This document shows positions 1-10,280 of a stretch of DNA of 64,000 nucleotides, in pieces. Origin of the DNA: an uncultured Thermoproteaceae archaeon (lineage in GTDB: Archaea > Thermoproteota > Thermoprotei > Thermoproteales > Thermocladiaceae); assembly GCA_964575955.1 (NCBI GenBank), contig CAZNTG010000006.1:512001-576000 (forward strand), written 5' to 3'. The notes below the pieces were generated by a model. It saw only the letters and a list, made by a program, of their open reading frames with translations, did no database searches and was not told where the DNA came from. The stretch's first letter is position 1. Every line of letters begins with the position of its first letter. The translations under genes were made by a program, and so were the position numbers.

Positions 1-1088
1 AATTTGAAATACCATTACCAAATAGGAAGGTTTTAGACATATTAGAGGAAGGAGATATAGTTGTTCTTGGTGCAGGTAGTGTATGGCTTAGAGTTGAAGA
101 AGTTTTTCACGATCATGTAATATGTACAGTTCTTAACGACTCTACAATAAAGTCCGAGATGACTTTCGCAGTATTAGGAAAAGATTTACCATTACCAACA
201 ATAACAGAGAAGGATATTAGAGATTTAGAATTTGCTATAAAATCAGATATTGACTATATTGGACTATCATTTGTAAGATCTAGAGAAGATGTTAGAATAG
301 TTAGAGATTATTTACAAGATAGAGGTAAGTCTGATATAAAGATTATAGCAAAGATAGAAACTAGAAAAGCAGTAGAAAATCTGGACAGTATAATAAACGA
401 GTCTGATGCTGTATTAGTAGCACGTGGAGATCTTGCAATGTATTTTCCACTTGAGAAAATTCCTGAAATTCAACTTAAGATAATTAGGAGAAGTCTATAC
501 TATGCAAAGCCTGTAATAGTAGCAACACAGCTACTTGAATCTATGGTTGAAAAACCACTACCAACAAGATCAGAAGTTGTTGATGTAATGGTAGCTGTTA
601 GAGAAGGTGTTGATGCTCTAATGCTTGCAGATGAGACAGCAATAGGGAAATATCCTGTTGATGCTGTTAAATGGTTGAGGAAAATTATTGAAGAAGCTGA
701 GAGAGAGGTAAATATAGATGTAGAATATCCAAGAGGTAGTATATATGACAGATTTGCACATAGTGTTTCACATGTAGCAAATCTCCTAAATGCAAAAATA
801 CTAATCTACACTAGAGGTGGAACAACAGCTAGAAGAGTCAGTAGATTTAGACCAAAAACACAGATATATGCAGCAACAGGAAGTGTTAAAGTTAGAAGAC
901 AACTACAACTAATATGGGGAATAAAACCATACTTAATTGAAGATGTAGAAGATGTGTGGAATGCACTTAACAAGCTACTCGAGATATTGAAGAAAGAGGA
1001 AGAAATCTCTATTGGAGATATTGTAGTAATGACTGGAGGACTTAGAGAAGAGACAACAAACTTGATGAAGGTAATCATAGTTGACTAA
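1..1088 (+). CDS. pyk: Pyruvate kinase (5' end outside window)
   Basis: Motifs LSFVRS, IIAKIE, VARGDL, ATQLLESM, PTRSEVVDV. The frame is open from base 3 (FEIPLPNRKVLD...), so the gene starts before the window. Confidence 0.95.
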   Translation, partial: FEIPLPNRKVLDILEEGDIVVLGAGSVWLRVEEVFHDHVICTVLNDSTIKSEMTFAVLGKDLPLPTITEKDIRDLEFAIKSDIDYIGLSFVRSREDVRIVRDYLQDRGKSDIKIIAKIETRKAVENLDSIINESDAVLVARGDLAMYFPLEKIPEIQLKIIRRSLYYAKPVIVATQLLESMVEKPLPTRSEVVDVMVAVREGVDALMLADETAIGKYPVDAVKWLRKIIEEAEREVNIDVEYPRGSIYDRFAHSVSHVANLLNAKILIYTRGGTTARRVSRFRPKTQIYAATGSVKVRRQLQLIWGIKPYLIEDVEDVWNALNKLLEILKKEEEISIGDIVVMTGGLREETTNLMKVIIVD

Positions 1089-1581
1089 TCTTCTCAACAC
1101 ACTTATCATATATACAATTCTTAAAATAGTTCTTATCAATAGACATAACGTAGCAGTCAGAACCATCAATATAATATCTTGGAATTCTTCTAATAATCTT
1201 AAAACCATACTTAGAGTATAGAGATATAGCAATATGATTATTAACCTGAACTTCTAGAAATACTTCATCAACATTATATTCATTAAAAAACATGAGTAGT
1301 GTATAGCATAGAAGTTTACTACCAATACCACAACCTTGAAACTTCTTATCTACAGCTAGATATAGAATGTGACCTCTACCATACTCTAAATTTGATATTG
1401 AAAATCCAACAACATTATTATCAATACATGCAACAAGTGAATATTTACAAATTTTAGAATATATCTCACTTATATATCTACATATTAATATTGAATCTTC
1501 TGGAAATACCTCTCTAATAATCTTAAATATGCTATCTAAATCTTCATATCTTATTCTTCTAATCTTAACTTGCATCTTCAA
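1075..1581 (-). CDS. RimI/Ard1-family GNAT N-acetyltransferase
   Basis: GHILYLAV..FQGCGIGSKL acetyl-CoA motif; LEVQVNN..AISLY..YGF; RYYIDGSD. Confidence 0.85.
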   Translation of the reverse strand: MKMQVKIRRIRYEDLDSIFKIIREVFPEDSILICRYISEIYSKICKYSLVACIDNNVVGFSISNLEYGRGHILYLAVDKKFQGCGIGSKLLCYTLLMFFNEYNVDEVFLEVQVNNHIAISLYSKYGFKIIRRIPRYYIDGSDCYVMSIDKNYFKNCIYDKCVEKISQL

Positions 1582-2950
1582 CTAATATTTCAGATGTCTC
1601 TATCTTAGGTAGAACTGATGGTGGTAATACTATACTATTAACATCACCTATCAGATTTATATAATTTGCATCTTTTATATAAACATCGACTATTGAACTT
1701 AGGTATTTTCTATCAATATTCTTAACAATTACAGGCTTGTAATTATGTATTCTAACTACACATCCTGAACCTTTAACTTCTGGCGTACTGACAATTCCCT
1801 TAAATGTTTTTCCAATAAACTTCATATTTCTCCTTAGAGATACTCTATTACAAACTTCTACAAGTTTTCTACTTCTCTCCTTCTTTATCGGATCAGGAAT
1901 CTTATCAGGCATAAGTTCAGCTTCTGTAAATGGTCTTAAGCTAAATCTAGCAACATGAACTTTATCAAATTCTAACTCTTCTACAAGTTTTATACTTAAT
2001 TCGAAATCTTCATCAGTTTCTCCTGGAAAGCCTACAATAATATCAGTAACTATTGTACATTCAGGAATTTCTCTCCTAATCTTTCTAATAAGTTCTCTAT
2101 ACTCATCTACGGTATATTTTCTTCTCATTCTTTCAAGTACTCTATCACTACCTGACTGTACTGGAAGATGAAAGTACTTGTATATCCTATCATCATTCTT
2201 AACAATATCTAGTAATTGATCAACAATTTTACTAAATGCTTCAGGTTCTGACATACCAATCCTTATATAATACACACCTTCAACCTCTCTCAAGATTCTT
2301 TCTAATAAATCTACAAGTGTTACACCTCTATCAAAACCATAACATGCAACATCTTGACCTGTAAGATAGATCTCTCTAGCACCTCTCTCAACAGCTTTCT
2401 TAACATTTTCAACTATCTTATCAATAGGATAACTCTTAACCTTACCTTTAACATCTCTTGCAAATTTAGTAACACAAAATGTACATGAACATAGACATCC
2501 AACTTGGAGTGGTACTACATGTATATGTCCATGTATATCTGGATTATATTCAGGTAATATCTCCATCTTCCTATCATTGCTAAGATATATATTGAATACT
2601 CCCTTCTCAATATCTTCAATTATTTTATCAAAATTCTCAACATTATTAGGATCAACTATTACACACCTATTATTGAATATTCTTAATATCTCACTAATCT
2701 TAACCTTTGCTAAACATCCAGCTATTATATATGTCTTATCCGGATATTTTTGATATAGATATCTCATTCTCTTCAATTGTCTTATTTCTGAATCTTCTCT
2801 AACAGCACATGTATTTAATACTACTATTTCTGAATCTTCAACACTATTCGTAAGTCTATATCCTCTACTTAAAAATGATTGAATTATTATACTACTATCA
2901 GCCTTATTCAACCAACAACCATAAGTTTCAATATATACTTTTTTCATCAC
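1565..2950 (-). CDS. Radical SAM tRNA methylthiotransferase (MiaB/MtaB family, archaeal t6A37 type)
   Basis: N-terminal ETYGC..N, NTCAVR, AGC; CxxxCxxC (GCLCSCTFC); DIIVGFPGET; C-terminal TRAM-like region. Confidence 0.9.
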   Translation of the reverse strand: MMKKVYIETYGCWLNKADSSIIIQSFLSRGYRLTNSVEDSEIVVLNTCAVREDSEIRQLKRMRYLYQKYPDKTYIIAGCLAKVKISEILRIFNNRCVIVDPNNVENFDKIIEDIEKGVFNIYLSNDRKMEILPEYNPDIHGHIHVVPLQVGCLCSCTFCVTKFARDVKGKVKSYPIDKIVENVKKAVERGAREIYLTGQDVACYGFDRGVTLVDLLERILREVEGVYYIRIGMSEPEAFSKIVDQLLDIVKNDDRIYKYFHLPVQSGSDRVLERMRRKYTVDEYRELIRKIRREIPECTIVTDIIVGFPGETDEDFELSIKLVEELEFDKVHVARFSLRPFTEAELMPDKIPDPIKKERSRKLVEVCNRVSLRRNMKFIGKTFKGIVSTPEVKGSGCVVRIHNYKPVIVKNIDRKYLSSIVDVYIKDANYINLIGDVNSIVLPPSVLPKIETSEILVEDAS

Positions 2951-3005
2951 TTTTAAACTCAGTGAGACTTAACATCTTAAAAACCCTACCTATACAGGTC
3001 TAGTA

Positions 3006-3884
3006 ATGAGTACTAGCTTACTAATACCTGGAGTTGTAGTTATACAACCAATATCTTATGAAAGTTTTATGATTATGAAAGTTAGTAAAGTAGTAGTTCA
3101 AAAGAGAAGTAAATATCAAAATATTGAAGTTGTAGAACTTTCTGAATATGGTAAAGCACTAGTACTTGACGGTCTTGTACAATCTACAGAAGTTGACGAG
3201 TATATATATCATGAATCTCTTGTACATCCAGCAATGATAACACATCCAAATCCTAGGAAAGTACTAATCATAGGTGGTGGTGAAGGAGCAACATTGAGAG
3301 AAGTATTAAAACATTCAACTGTTGAAGAAGCAACTATGGTAGATATTGATGCCGATGTTGTAGAAATATGTAAACAATACTTACCAGAACTTCATAGTGG
3401 TTCATTCCTAAATACTAAGGCTAGAGTAGTAATTGCAGATGGTAAAGAGTTTGTTGAAAAGACATCAGATAAATATGATGTCATTATTCTAGATCTAACA
3501 GATCCATACGCATCTGAAATAGCTTATGAACTCTACACTGAGAAATTCTATAGAAGAATATTTGAAATACTTACAGATGATGGTATAATGGTTACACAGG
3601 CTGGATCATCATTCTACTATGAAGAAGTATATGATAGAGTATTGAGTTCTATAAAAAATGTATTTCCAATAGTTAAAGAATATAATGTGTGGATACCATC
3701 CTTTGGATATGCATGTAATTTCATAATTGGAAGTAAGAGATACAGTCCTGATGATCTAAATCCTGAGGTTGTTGATAAGAGATTGAGAGATAGGGGTGTA
3801 AGTACGAGATTTTACTCAGGTAGAACACATATAGCGTTGATGAATTTGCCAATATATAGGAGAAGGAGAAGTACTACCTCATAG
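3006..3884 (+). CDS. speE: Polyamine aminopropyltransferase (spermidine synthase family)
   Basis: [45 protein letters not shown]. Confidence 0.92.
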   Translation: MSTSLLIPGVVVIQPISYESFMIMKVSKVVVQKRSKYQNIEVVELSEYGKALVLDGLVQSTEVDEYIYHESLVHPAMITHPNPRKVLIIGGGEGATLREVLKHSTVEEATMVDIDADVVEICKQYLPELHSGSFLNTKARVVIADGKEFVEKTSDKYDVIILDLTDPYASEIAYELYTEKFYRRIFEILTDDGIMVTQAGSSFYYEEVYDRVLSSIKNVFPIVKEYNVWIPSFGYACNFIIGSKRYSPDDLNPEVVDKRLRDRGVSTRFYSGRTHIALMNLPIYRRRRSTTS

Positions 3885-4317
3885 GTTTCTGTCTCTTACC
3901 TTCTAGAATAGCTTTTAAACTTACACCATTAACCATCACAACTCTAAATCTAACACCTGGTAAGTCTCCATAAGCTCTACCTTCAGGACCACCAATTCTC
4001 TCTATTATAACTTCGTCATGTTCATTAATTACGTTTAGACCACCGTCATATGGTACGAATGCTGTTACTATCTTACCATTCTTAACGAGTTGTACTCTAA
4101 CACACTTTCTAACTGCTGCATTTGGTTTTCTAGCTTCAACACCAACCTTTTCAAGAACTATACCTCTAGCCATTGGTGCACCTTCTAATGGGTCAAACTT
4201 CTTTGCAAATCTTAAGACTCTACGTTTATAGTGTAGATCACTCCATCTAAACTTCTTCCTCTTCAATCTTAATTTCCTAGCTGCAAAAAGTCCAACAGGA
4301 CTCTTCTTCCCTGGCAT
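3874..4317 (-). CDS. rps12: 30S ribosomal protein S12 (uS12)
   Basis: [27 protein letters not shown]. Confidence 0.98.
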   Translation of the reverse strand: MPGKKSPVGLFAARKLRLKRKKFRWSDLHYKRRVLRFAKKFDPLEGAPMARGIVLEKVGVEARKPNAAVRKCVRVQLVKNGKIVTAFVPYDGGLNVINEHDEVIIERIGGPEGRAYGDLPGVRFRVVMVNGVSLKAILEGKRQKPMR

Positions 4318-4357
4318 GTCTTTTTTAAGCCTATTTTCAGATTTTTAAAACTTTGTC

Positions 4358-4792
4358 TTAGGATAGTATTACTTTCTCAATATCGAAATATCTCTTTGCT
4401 AGTAGTTTTGCTCTACTTATATTTCGCCCCTGTCTACCTATTGCTATCGCTTTATCATCAGGATGTACTGTTGCTATTGCTACAACTCCTGATGATGGTA
4501 ATTTAGTTATTTTTACTGCAAGTACACGTGCAGGATATAGACAGTTCTTTATTAACTCTTCAGGTGTATCACCCTTCTCTACAACTTCAACATCTCTACC
4601 TATCAACTCCTTCAATCTCTTAATATTTACACCACCTCGACCAACAGCTAGGGGTGCAAATCCCTTATCAACAACAAATATTATCCTGTTATAGGTCTCG
4701 TCTATTATAGTGTCGATTGGCACAATTCCAGTTATCTTTTCGAAGAGTGCTGCATATCTGAGCTCCTCATCTGTGAGTCTTATGTTGGGCAT
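4358..4792 (-). CDS. nusA: Archaeal NusA (two KH domains)
   Basis: AVGRGGVNI and AIGRQGRNI KH motifs; lies between rpl30e and rps12. Confidence 0.95.
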   Translation of the reverse strand: MPNIRLTDEELRYAALFEKITGIVPIDTIIDETYNRIIFVVDKGFAPLAVGRGGVNIKRLKELIGRDVEVVEKGDTPEELIKNCLYPARVLAVKITKLPSSGVVAIATVHPDDKAIAIGRQGRNISRAKLLAKRYFDIEKVILS

Positions 4793-4796
4793 AGTA

Positions 4797-5099
4797 TCAT
4801 CCTCTTGCGAGTTCTAGTATTGTACTTTCTCCTGGATCGATTATTGCTAATGTAGATACTTTAAAAGGCTTTCCACATGCTGCTCCAAGTTCCCAACTAG
4901 ATCCTGGATATACTATTACAGGTATTTGAGCTAGTTTCGCATAATACTCAACATCATTTTTAATCCATGCAGGTGCATTTGCAGCAATTACAACAGCTTT
5001 AGCCTCACCTCTAAGTATTGCTTTTATAGTTTGTCTAGAACCTAGAACTACCTTTCCTGTAGACATTGCAACTTTTAGTTCTCTAGCTAAGTCTACCAT
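4797..5099 (-). CDS. rpl30e: 50S ribosomal protein L30e
   Basis: TGKVVLGS, YYAKLA, ELGAACGKPF, IIDPGESTI. Confidence 0.97.
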   Translation of the reverse strand: MVDLARELKVAMSTGKVVLGSRQTIKAILRGEAKAVVIAANAPAWIKNDVEYYAKLAQIPVIVYPGSSWELGAACGKPFKVSTLAIIDPGESTILELARG

Positions 5100-5146
5100 A
5101 ACTATCGGCTAGCTTTTTGAAAATGTATTAAAATCTTTTCCTTAAG

Positions 5147-6313
5147 TTACAACTCCATCATTAAGTCAACCATTCCTGTTCCAATAGGTATGTACTTACC
5201 TGCAATAACACTCTCAACAACACTTCTAAATCTCTCAATCTCACCTTTCAAAGCTGCTTCTACAAGATTTCTAACAGTAACTTCAAATGCTGCTCTTGCA
5301 AGTGGACTTTCCTTCTCACCAGCAACTCCATGTCTACCAACCTGTTTAACTCTACCACTCCATGTCATTATATCTGCTACAAGCATTATATGCCTAATAT
5401 CTACAGATAGACCTTGCTCATCAAGAACCTTCTTCAACTCTCTCATAATTACTGTCCTAGCAGCTTCAATACCCAGAACATCAGCAACTTCATGAATATC
5501 GTTAGATATTGTTCTTCTATAATCAACACCATCTAACGTTAAGACAGCTTCAAGATTTGTACCTTCAGTTCTAATAATCCACTCATCTCCCTCCTTCTTA
5601 GCTAATGCCTTCTTAACATTCTTAATACCTGCAAGTCTTGTCTGAAGTACTTTATCACGAACCTTTCTCAACTTTATAGGATCAATCTCATGTAATGTTA
5701 TTACTATACTCTTACCCTCAATCTTAACATCAGCACCCTTACCCTTAATTCTATCTAATGCCTTCTTAACATCACTAATAGTTAAATTCCAATATCTTAA
5801 CTGTTCTTCATCAAGCTCTATAACTATAGTTCCAGATATGTAGTCAATATCTACAGACTTTGCAACATTTTCAATAGTTACAAGCTGAATCTTCTTCGCA
5901 ATTTCTAATGCCTTCTCACCATCTTTAGCATACTCATCCTTGAGATATATAGTCATCATTGGTCTAGATGGCTTTCTTCTAGCATCAACAATCTCAATCA
6001 TACGTGGAAGACCTAAAGCCATAGAGAATTCTCTAAGACCAGCATAGTGGAATGATCTCAAAACCATCTGTGTACTTGGTTCACCAATAGACTGTGCTGT
6101 AACAATACCAATAGCTTCTCCAGGATCAATCATAGTCTTATAGTATGTATTTATTGCTAACAAGATCAACTTCTCAAGTTGTTCACGAGTAATCTTCTTA
6201 TCACGAACCTTACTAATAATCTCATCAACATAAGATTTAGGAAGAATATTATACAACCTAGATAAGTATTGTACAATCTCTTCACTTGATAAGACTTGTG
6301 ATTGTGAAGACAT
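5147..6313 (-). CDS. rpoA2: DNA-directed RNA polymerase subunit Rpo1C (A'')
   Basis: PGEAIGIVTAQSIGEPSTQM, GLPRMIEIVDAR, RHIMLVADIMT, LARAAFE, IPIGTG. Confidence 0.98.
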   Translation of the reverse strand: MSSQSQVLSSEEIVQYLSRLYNILPKSYVDEIISKVRDKKITREQLEKLILLAINTYYKTMIDPGEAIGIVTAQSIGEPSTQMVLRSFHYAGLREFSMALGLPRMIEIVDARRKPSRPMMTIYLKDEYAKDGEKALEIAKKIQLVTIENVAKSVDIDYISGTIVIELDEEQLRYWNLTISDVKKALDRIKGKGADVKIEGKSIVITLHEIDPIKLRKVRDKVLQTRLAGIKNVKKALAKKEGDEWIIRTEGTNLEAVLTLDGVDYRRTISNDIHEVADVLGIEAARTVIMRELKKVLDEQGLSVDIRHIMLVADIMTWSGRVKQVGRHGVAGEKESPLARAAFEVTVRNLVEAALKGEIERFRSVVESVIAGKYIPIGTGMVDLMMEL

Positions 6314-6357
6314 AGCCGAGAAGTGTGAGAATGTTAGAGATTAAAAATCTAGCGGTT

Positions 6358-6433
6358 TGGTGCCCCCGCCGGGATTTGAACCCGGGACCTACCGGTCTTC
6401 AGCCGGTCGCTCTCCCCGCTGAGCTACGGGGGC
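6358..6433 (-). tRNA. tRNA-Phe (GAA), intronless, CCA encoded
   Basis: Minus strand GCCCCCGTAGCTCAGCGGGGAGAGCGACCGGCTGAAGACCGGTAGGTCCCGGGTTCAAATCCCGGCGGGGGCACCA folds as a cloverleaf with anticodon loop CT-GAA-GA. Confidence 0.97.
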
Positions 6434-6489
6434 TAACTTCTAGTATGGCAAATCTTCAAAGTATTTAAATACCTTACTCTATGGAGTTA

Positions 6490-6539
6490 TCAGTGAGAGG
6501 AAGATTCATCAATGTTCAGTGCGACCGAAAGTTCATCAT
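6490..6539 (-). ncRNA. Box C/D methylation guide sRNA
   Basis: ATGATGA-ACTTTCGGTCGCA-CTGA-ACAT-TGATGA-ATCTTCCTCTCA-CTGA gives C, D', C', D boxes with 12-13 nt guides; the C box overlaps the guaAA stop codon. Confidence 0.9.
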
Positions 6540-7102
6540 CTACGACATATCTTTACAAAATTTCTAAAAACCTGAATACCATTCTCAGTATGTTCAACCT
6601 CAGGATGAAACTGTACTGAGTATATAGGCTTAGAGATGTGTCTCATAGCTTGAACACGTACAAAATCACTATGTGCCAATACTTTAAATAATTCAGGTTC
6701 TTTAGAAACTTCAACATTATGACTTTCCCAAGCAATGAAACTCCTACCCATACCTTCAAGAATATCATCCTCATCATCAACATATACAACAACTTCACCA
6801 AACTCAGGATTTGATCTTGACAATGATCCACCAAAGACATAAGCAATTATGTGATGACCAAGACATATACCAAGTATAGGTTTTGTAAATTTCTTAACAT
6901 AATCTATAGAATTTCCAATCTTATCTAAATCATCAGGAATGTTAAACGATCCACCACTTAGAACAATACCATCATACTTCTTCTCAACTTCTTCAACAGG
7001 TAGTTCAGGTTTAAACATTTCAGCATCTACACCAACCTCTCTCAATCTCCTATATATCAGATGATTATATTGACCTCCAAAATCTACAACTCCAATCTTC
7101 AC
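6536..7102 (-). CDS. guaAA: GMP synthase subunit A (glutamine amidotransferase)
   Basis: DFGGQYNHLI, PILGICLGH, VQFHPEVEHT; GTG start. Confidence 0.93.
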   Translation of the reverse strand: MKIGVVDFGGQYNHLIYRRLREVGVDAEMFKPELPVEEVEKKYDGIVLSGGSFNIPDDLDKIGNSIDYVKKFTKPILGICLGHHIIAYVFGGSLSRSNPEFGEVVVYVDDEDDILEGMGRSFIAWESHNVEVSKEPELFKVLAHSDFVRVQAMRHISKPIYSVQFHPEVEHTENGIQVFRNFVKICRR

Positions 7103-7503
7103 GATTGTAGATACAGATCTTCTAAATACTTTAATAGCTTTCTAATCTTTCTAATTCTCCTTCTAATAAGTCTAAGCTGTCTAGATGCCTTATTAATCTC
7201 ATATAATGTTGCTCCTCTCCTCTTCAATTCAACTATAGTTTCTAAAATCCTTCTTTCATGATTTTTCAAATACTCTAACTTACTCCTTAATCTATCAATT
7301 TCAAACTTTAAAGATCTCTTAAAAGTACTACAGCTTGGACTTAGAGTATCATTACTATCATGTCTATACTCTAAGTAGTTTAGTAATCTCTCTTCAACAA
7401 TTTTCAATTTAGATTCTTCACTAGTTATTAAATTCATAACTTTATCACAATCAATACCTCCAAGATACTTACCATACCTCTTAATGATTTCAAACATTGT
7501 CAT
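7099..7503 (-). CDS. Hypothetical basic coiled-coil protein
   Basis: 134-aa ORF coupled to guaAA by a 4-bp overlap; no motif recognised. Confidence 0.6.
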   Translation of the reverse strand: MTMFEIIKRYGKYLGGIDCDKVMNLITSEESKLKIVEERLLNYLEYRHDSNDTLSPSCSTFKRSLKFEIDRLRSKLEYLKNHERRILETIVELKRRGATLYEINKASRQLRLIRRRIRKIRKLLKYLEDLYLQS

Positions 7504-7504
7504 A

Positions 7505-7894
7505 TTACCATTCTGATATTAATGCTTTCTCAATAATCTTCTGACCTAGATAATATTCCTCTATACTCTTTTCAACATTCTTAATCTCTACATAATCAAC
7601 ATCTAGGATAGACTCATCCTCAACTTTATAATGATCTTCAACTATTGGTCTATATCTAGATATGTCATCTACATTCACAACATCTATATCGTACATCTTA
7701 ACTATATTCTTAAGACTTTCATAATCTAGAGATCTTATCTCCTTTACAAATTCTGTAACTATACTCTTAATGTTGTGCTCAATTAGTAGAAGTTTATTAT
7801 ATAGTGATTCTTCAAGTTCTTCACTACTACTCTCTAAAACTTGTTGATATTGTACATGTCTTCTACGTATCTTTTTCTCCTCCTCTAGAGACAT
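7505..7894 (-). CDS. Hypothetical acidic helical protein
   Basis: 129-aa ORF 1 bp from the next gene; no motif recognised. Confidence 0.6.
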   Translation of the reverse strand: MSLEEEKKIRRRHVQYQQVLESSSEELEESLYNKLLLIEHNIKSIVTEFVKEIRSLDYESLKNIVKMYDIDVVNVDDISRYRPIVEDHYKVEDESILDVDYVEIKNVEKSIEEYYLGQKIIEKALISEW

Positions 7895-8035
7895 ATCATT
7901 AGTTATAGTCTAGCATCTAGTTAATAGAGGGTTTGTTTCATAACGTATACGTAGTGTTTATCAAAAGTTTTCCAGTTCTCTATTGTTTAGATATGTAGAA
8001 TCTCTATTTTCTAGGTTTTTACTATATTTTTAGAA

Positions 8036-8302
8036 TTATTCTTCTTCAACTGTTGGTAATCCTCCATTTGAGTTTAATATTGCTGGTCTATAACCACCAT
8101 TCATCTTATATTCTAAAAACTTGCGAAATAGCTCTGTCTTTCCTAGATGTTTAAGCTCTTCATCATCTATATTATCTACAAATTCTTGAAATTCTTTCCA
8201 CAACATTTCATGAGCTCTGTCAAATCTACTCTTCAATCTTATATGCTTTAATAGTGCTGTTGAGTTAGTGTAAGATTTACCACATACAGGACAACGTACC
8301 AT
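8036..8302 (-). CDS. C2H2-type zinc finger protein
   Basis: CPVCGKSY....ALLKH....H pattern at the N-terminus. Confidence 0.75.
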   Translation of the reverse strand: MVRCPVCGKSYTNSTALLKHIRLKSRFDRAHEMLWKEFQEFVDNIDDEELKHLGKTELFRKFLEYKMNGGYRPAILNSNGGLPTVEEE

Positions 8303-8422
8303 ATCCTTCTAATACTACTACTAAGGATTTTTAACAGTAGTCTACGAAGTTCTTAGACGTATATTCCAGCTATGTTTAAAAGTTTTTGAAAAGTAGTAAA
8401 ATAGTTCACATAGTGAAGAGTA

Positions 8423-10240
8423 ATGTCAGTACAAGCATCAAAACAGGAGACTGTAGATACTAGACCACCAATAGTTGTAGTTGTTGGTCATGTAGATGTT
8501 GGAAAGACATTACTACTAGACAAGATTAGAGGTACAGCTGTAGCATTTAGAGAACCTGGAATGATTACTCAACATATAGGACTATCATTCATACCATGGC
8601 CAGCTGTTGAGAAATTTACAGCTAGACTTTTAGAGAGATTTCGATTGAGAGGTAAGATCTGGATTAAAGGTTTTCTAATGGTTGATACTCCAGGACATGC
8701 AGCTTTCTCAAATTTGAGAAGGAGAGGTGGATCTGTTGCTGATATTGCAATACTAGTTATAGATATTATGAAGGGGTTTGAAGAACAGACTTATGAGAGT
8801 TTAGCATTGATAAGGTCTAAAGGTATACCTTTCGTAGTTGCTTTAAATAAGATTGATAGAATATATGGTTGGAAGCCAAATCCAAATGCACCATTCATAG
8901 AGACTATAGAGAAGCAGGATGAGATGGTACAGGCTAGATTTGAAGAACTTCTTGGTAGAGTTATTGATGAATTTCTAAAACTTGGAATTGAAGCTGATAG
9001 ATATGACAGAGTTACAGATTGGACAAGGCAAATACCTATAGTACCTACAAGTGCACTAACTGGTGAGGGCATTCCTGATCTTCTAGTAGTACTTGCAGGT
9101 CTAACTCAGAGATTCACAAAGGATAAATTGAAAATATCTACAGGACCTGGAAAAGGTGTAATTATGGAAGTTAAAGAAGAGAAAGGTTGGGGAACAACAA
9201 TAGATGTAGTACTTTATGATGGTGTAATTAAGAAAGGAGATACAATAGTCACAATGGGACTACAAGGACCGATAATTACTAAGGTGAAGATGTTAATTAT
9301 GCCAAAACCTCTAGATGAGATGAGAGATCCTGAAGATAGGTACATGTTTATGAATGAGGTAAAGGCTGCTGCAGGTGTTAAGATTGTTGCCGAAAATCTA
9401 GAACAGGTAATACCTGGAGCACCAGTACTTGTAGTTCCTGATGAGTCTAAGATTGATGAATATGTTAAGATTGTTAAAGAGGAGGTTGAAGAAGTGAAAA
9501 TTGAAACAGATAGAGAAGGTGTTATCGCTAAAGCAGATACATTAGGAACACTTGAAGCAATGGTAACATACCTCAAAAATCAGGGCATACCTGTAAGAAA
9601 GGCAGATATTGGACCTGTAAGTAGGAGAGATGTCATTGATGCATCAATAGTTAGAAAGAGAAACCCACTCTACGGTGTAATCTTAGCATTTAATGTAAAA
9701 GTTCCACATGATGTTGAAGTTGAAGCACAGCATCACGATGTTAAGATATTTAGAAGTGAAATATTGTATAGACTTGTTGAAGATTTCTTAAAATGGTTTA
9801 ATGAGGAGAAGCAGAGATTAATAGAGAGAGAACTTGATAAATTGATAAGACCAGGAAAGATTAGAATACTTCCAGGATGTGTATTTAGAAGAAGTGAACC
9901 AGCAATTGTAGGTGTTAGAGTTCTTGAAGGTATCATAAAGCCAGGATATCCACTTGTAAGACCTGACGGTAAGATGATTGGTAAGATAATGCAAATACAG
10001 GATAAGGGTAAGAATATTCCACAAGCTAGGAAAGGTATGGAAGTTGCAATATCTATAGAAGGTAAAGTTATCGTTGGTAGACATATCAAGGAGGGAGATG
10101 AACTATACGTATACGTACCTGAAGAACATGCAGTAAAGCTATTGACAGAGTATAGAAAATACTTGACAGATGATGAGGTAGAACTGTTGAAAGAATTTTT
10201 AAAACTTAGAAAGAAGTGGAAAGAGTCTGAAGCAACTTAA
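8423..10240 (+). CDS. infB: Translation initiation factor aIF5B (IF-2)
   Basis: [41 protein letters not shown]. Confidence 0.98.
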   Translation: MSVQASKQETVDTRPPIVVVVGHVDVGKTLLLDKIRGTAVAFREPGMITQHIGLSFIPWPAVEKFTARLLERFRLRGKIWIKGFLMVDTPGHAAFSNLRRRGGSVADIAILVIDIMKGFEEQTYESLALIRSKGIPFVVALNKIDRIYGWKPNPNAPFIETIEKQDEMVQARFEELLGRVIDEFLKLGIEADRYDRVTDWTRQIPIVPTSALTGEGIPDLLVVLAGLTQRFTKDKLKISTGPGKGVIMEVKEEKGWGTTIDVVLYDGVIKKGDTIVTMGLQGPIITKVKMLIMPKPLDEMRDPEDRYMFMNEVKAAAGVKIVAENLEQVIPGAPVLVVPDESKIDEYVKIVKEEVEEVKIETDREGVIAKADTLGTLEAMVTYLKNQGIPVRKADIGPVSRRDVIDASIVRKRNPLYGVILAFNVKVPHDVEVEAQHHDVKIFRSEILYRLVEDFLKWFNEEKQRLIERELDKLIRPGKIRILPGCVFRRSEPAIVGVRVLEGIIKPGYPLVRPDGKMIGKIMQIQDKGKNIPQARKGMEVAISIEGKVIVGRHIKEGDELYVYVPEEHAVKLLTEYRKYLTDDEVELLKEFLKLRKKWKESEAT

Positions 10241-10280
10241 CTTAAGATTACTTTATAAATTCTAGACAGGTATAGTAAAT

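Noticed and set aside
6358-6433. Integrated element at tRNA-Phe or tRNA-Ser (40646-40735)
   Set aside because: No integrase, no duplicated tRNA fragment noticed, and the flanks are housekeeping genes or sRNAs.
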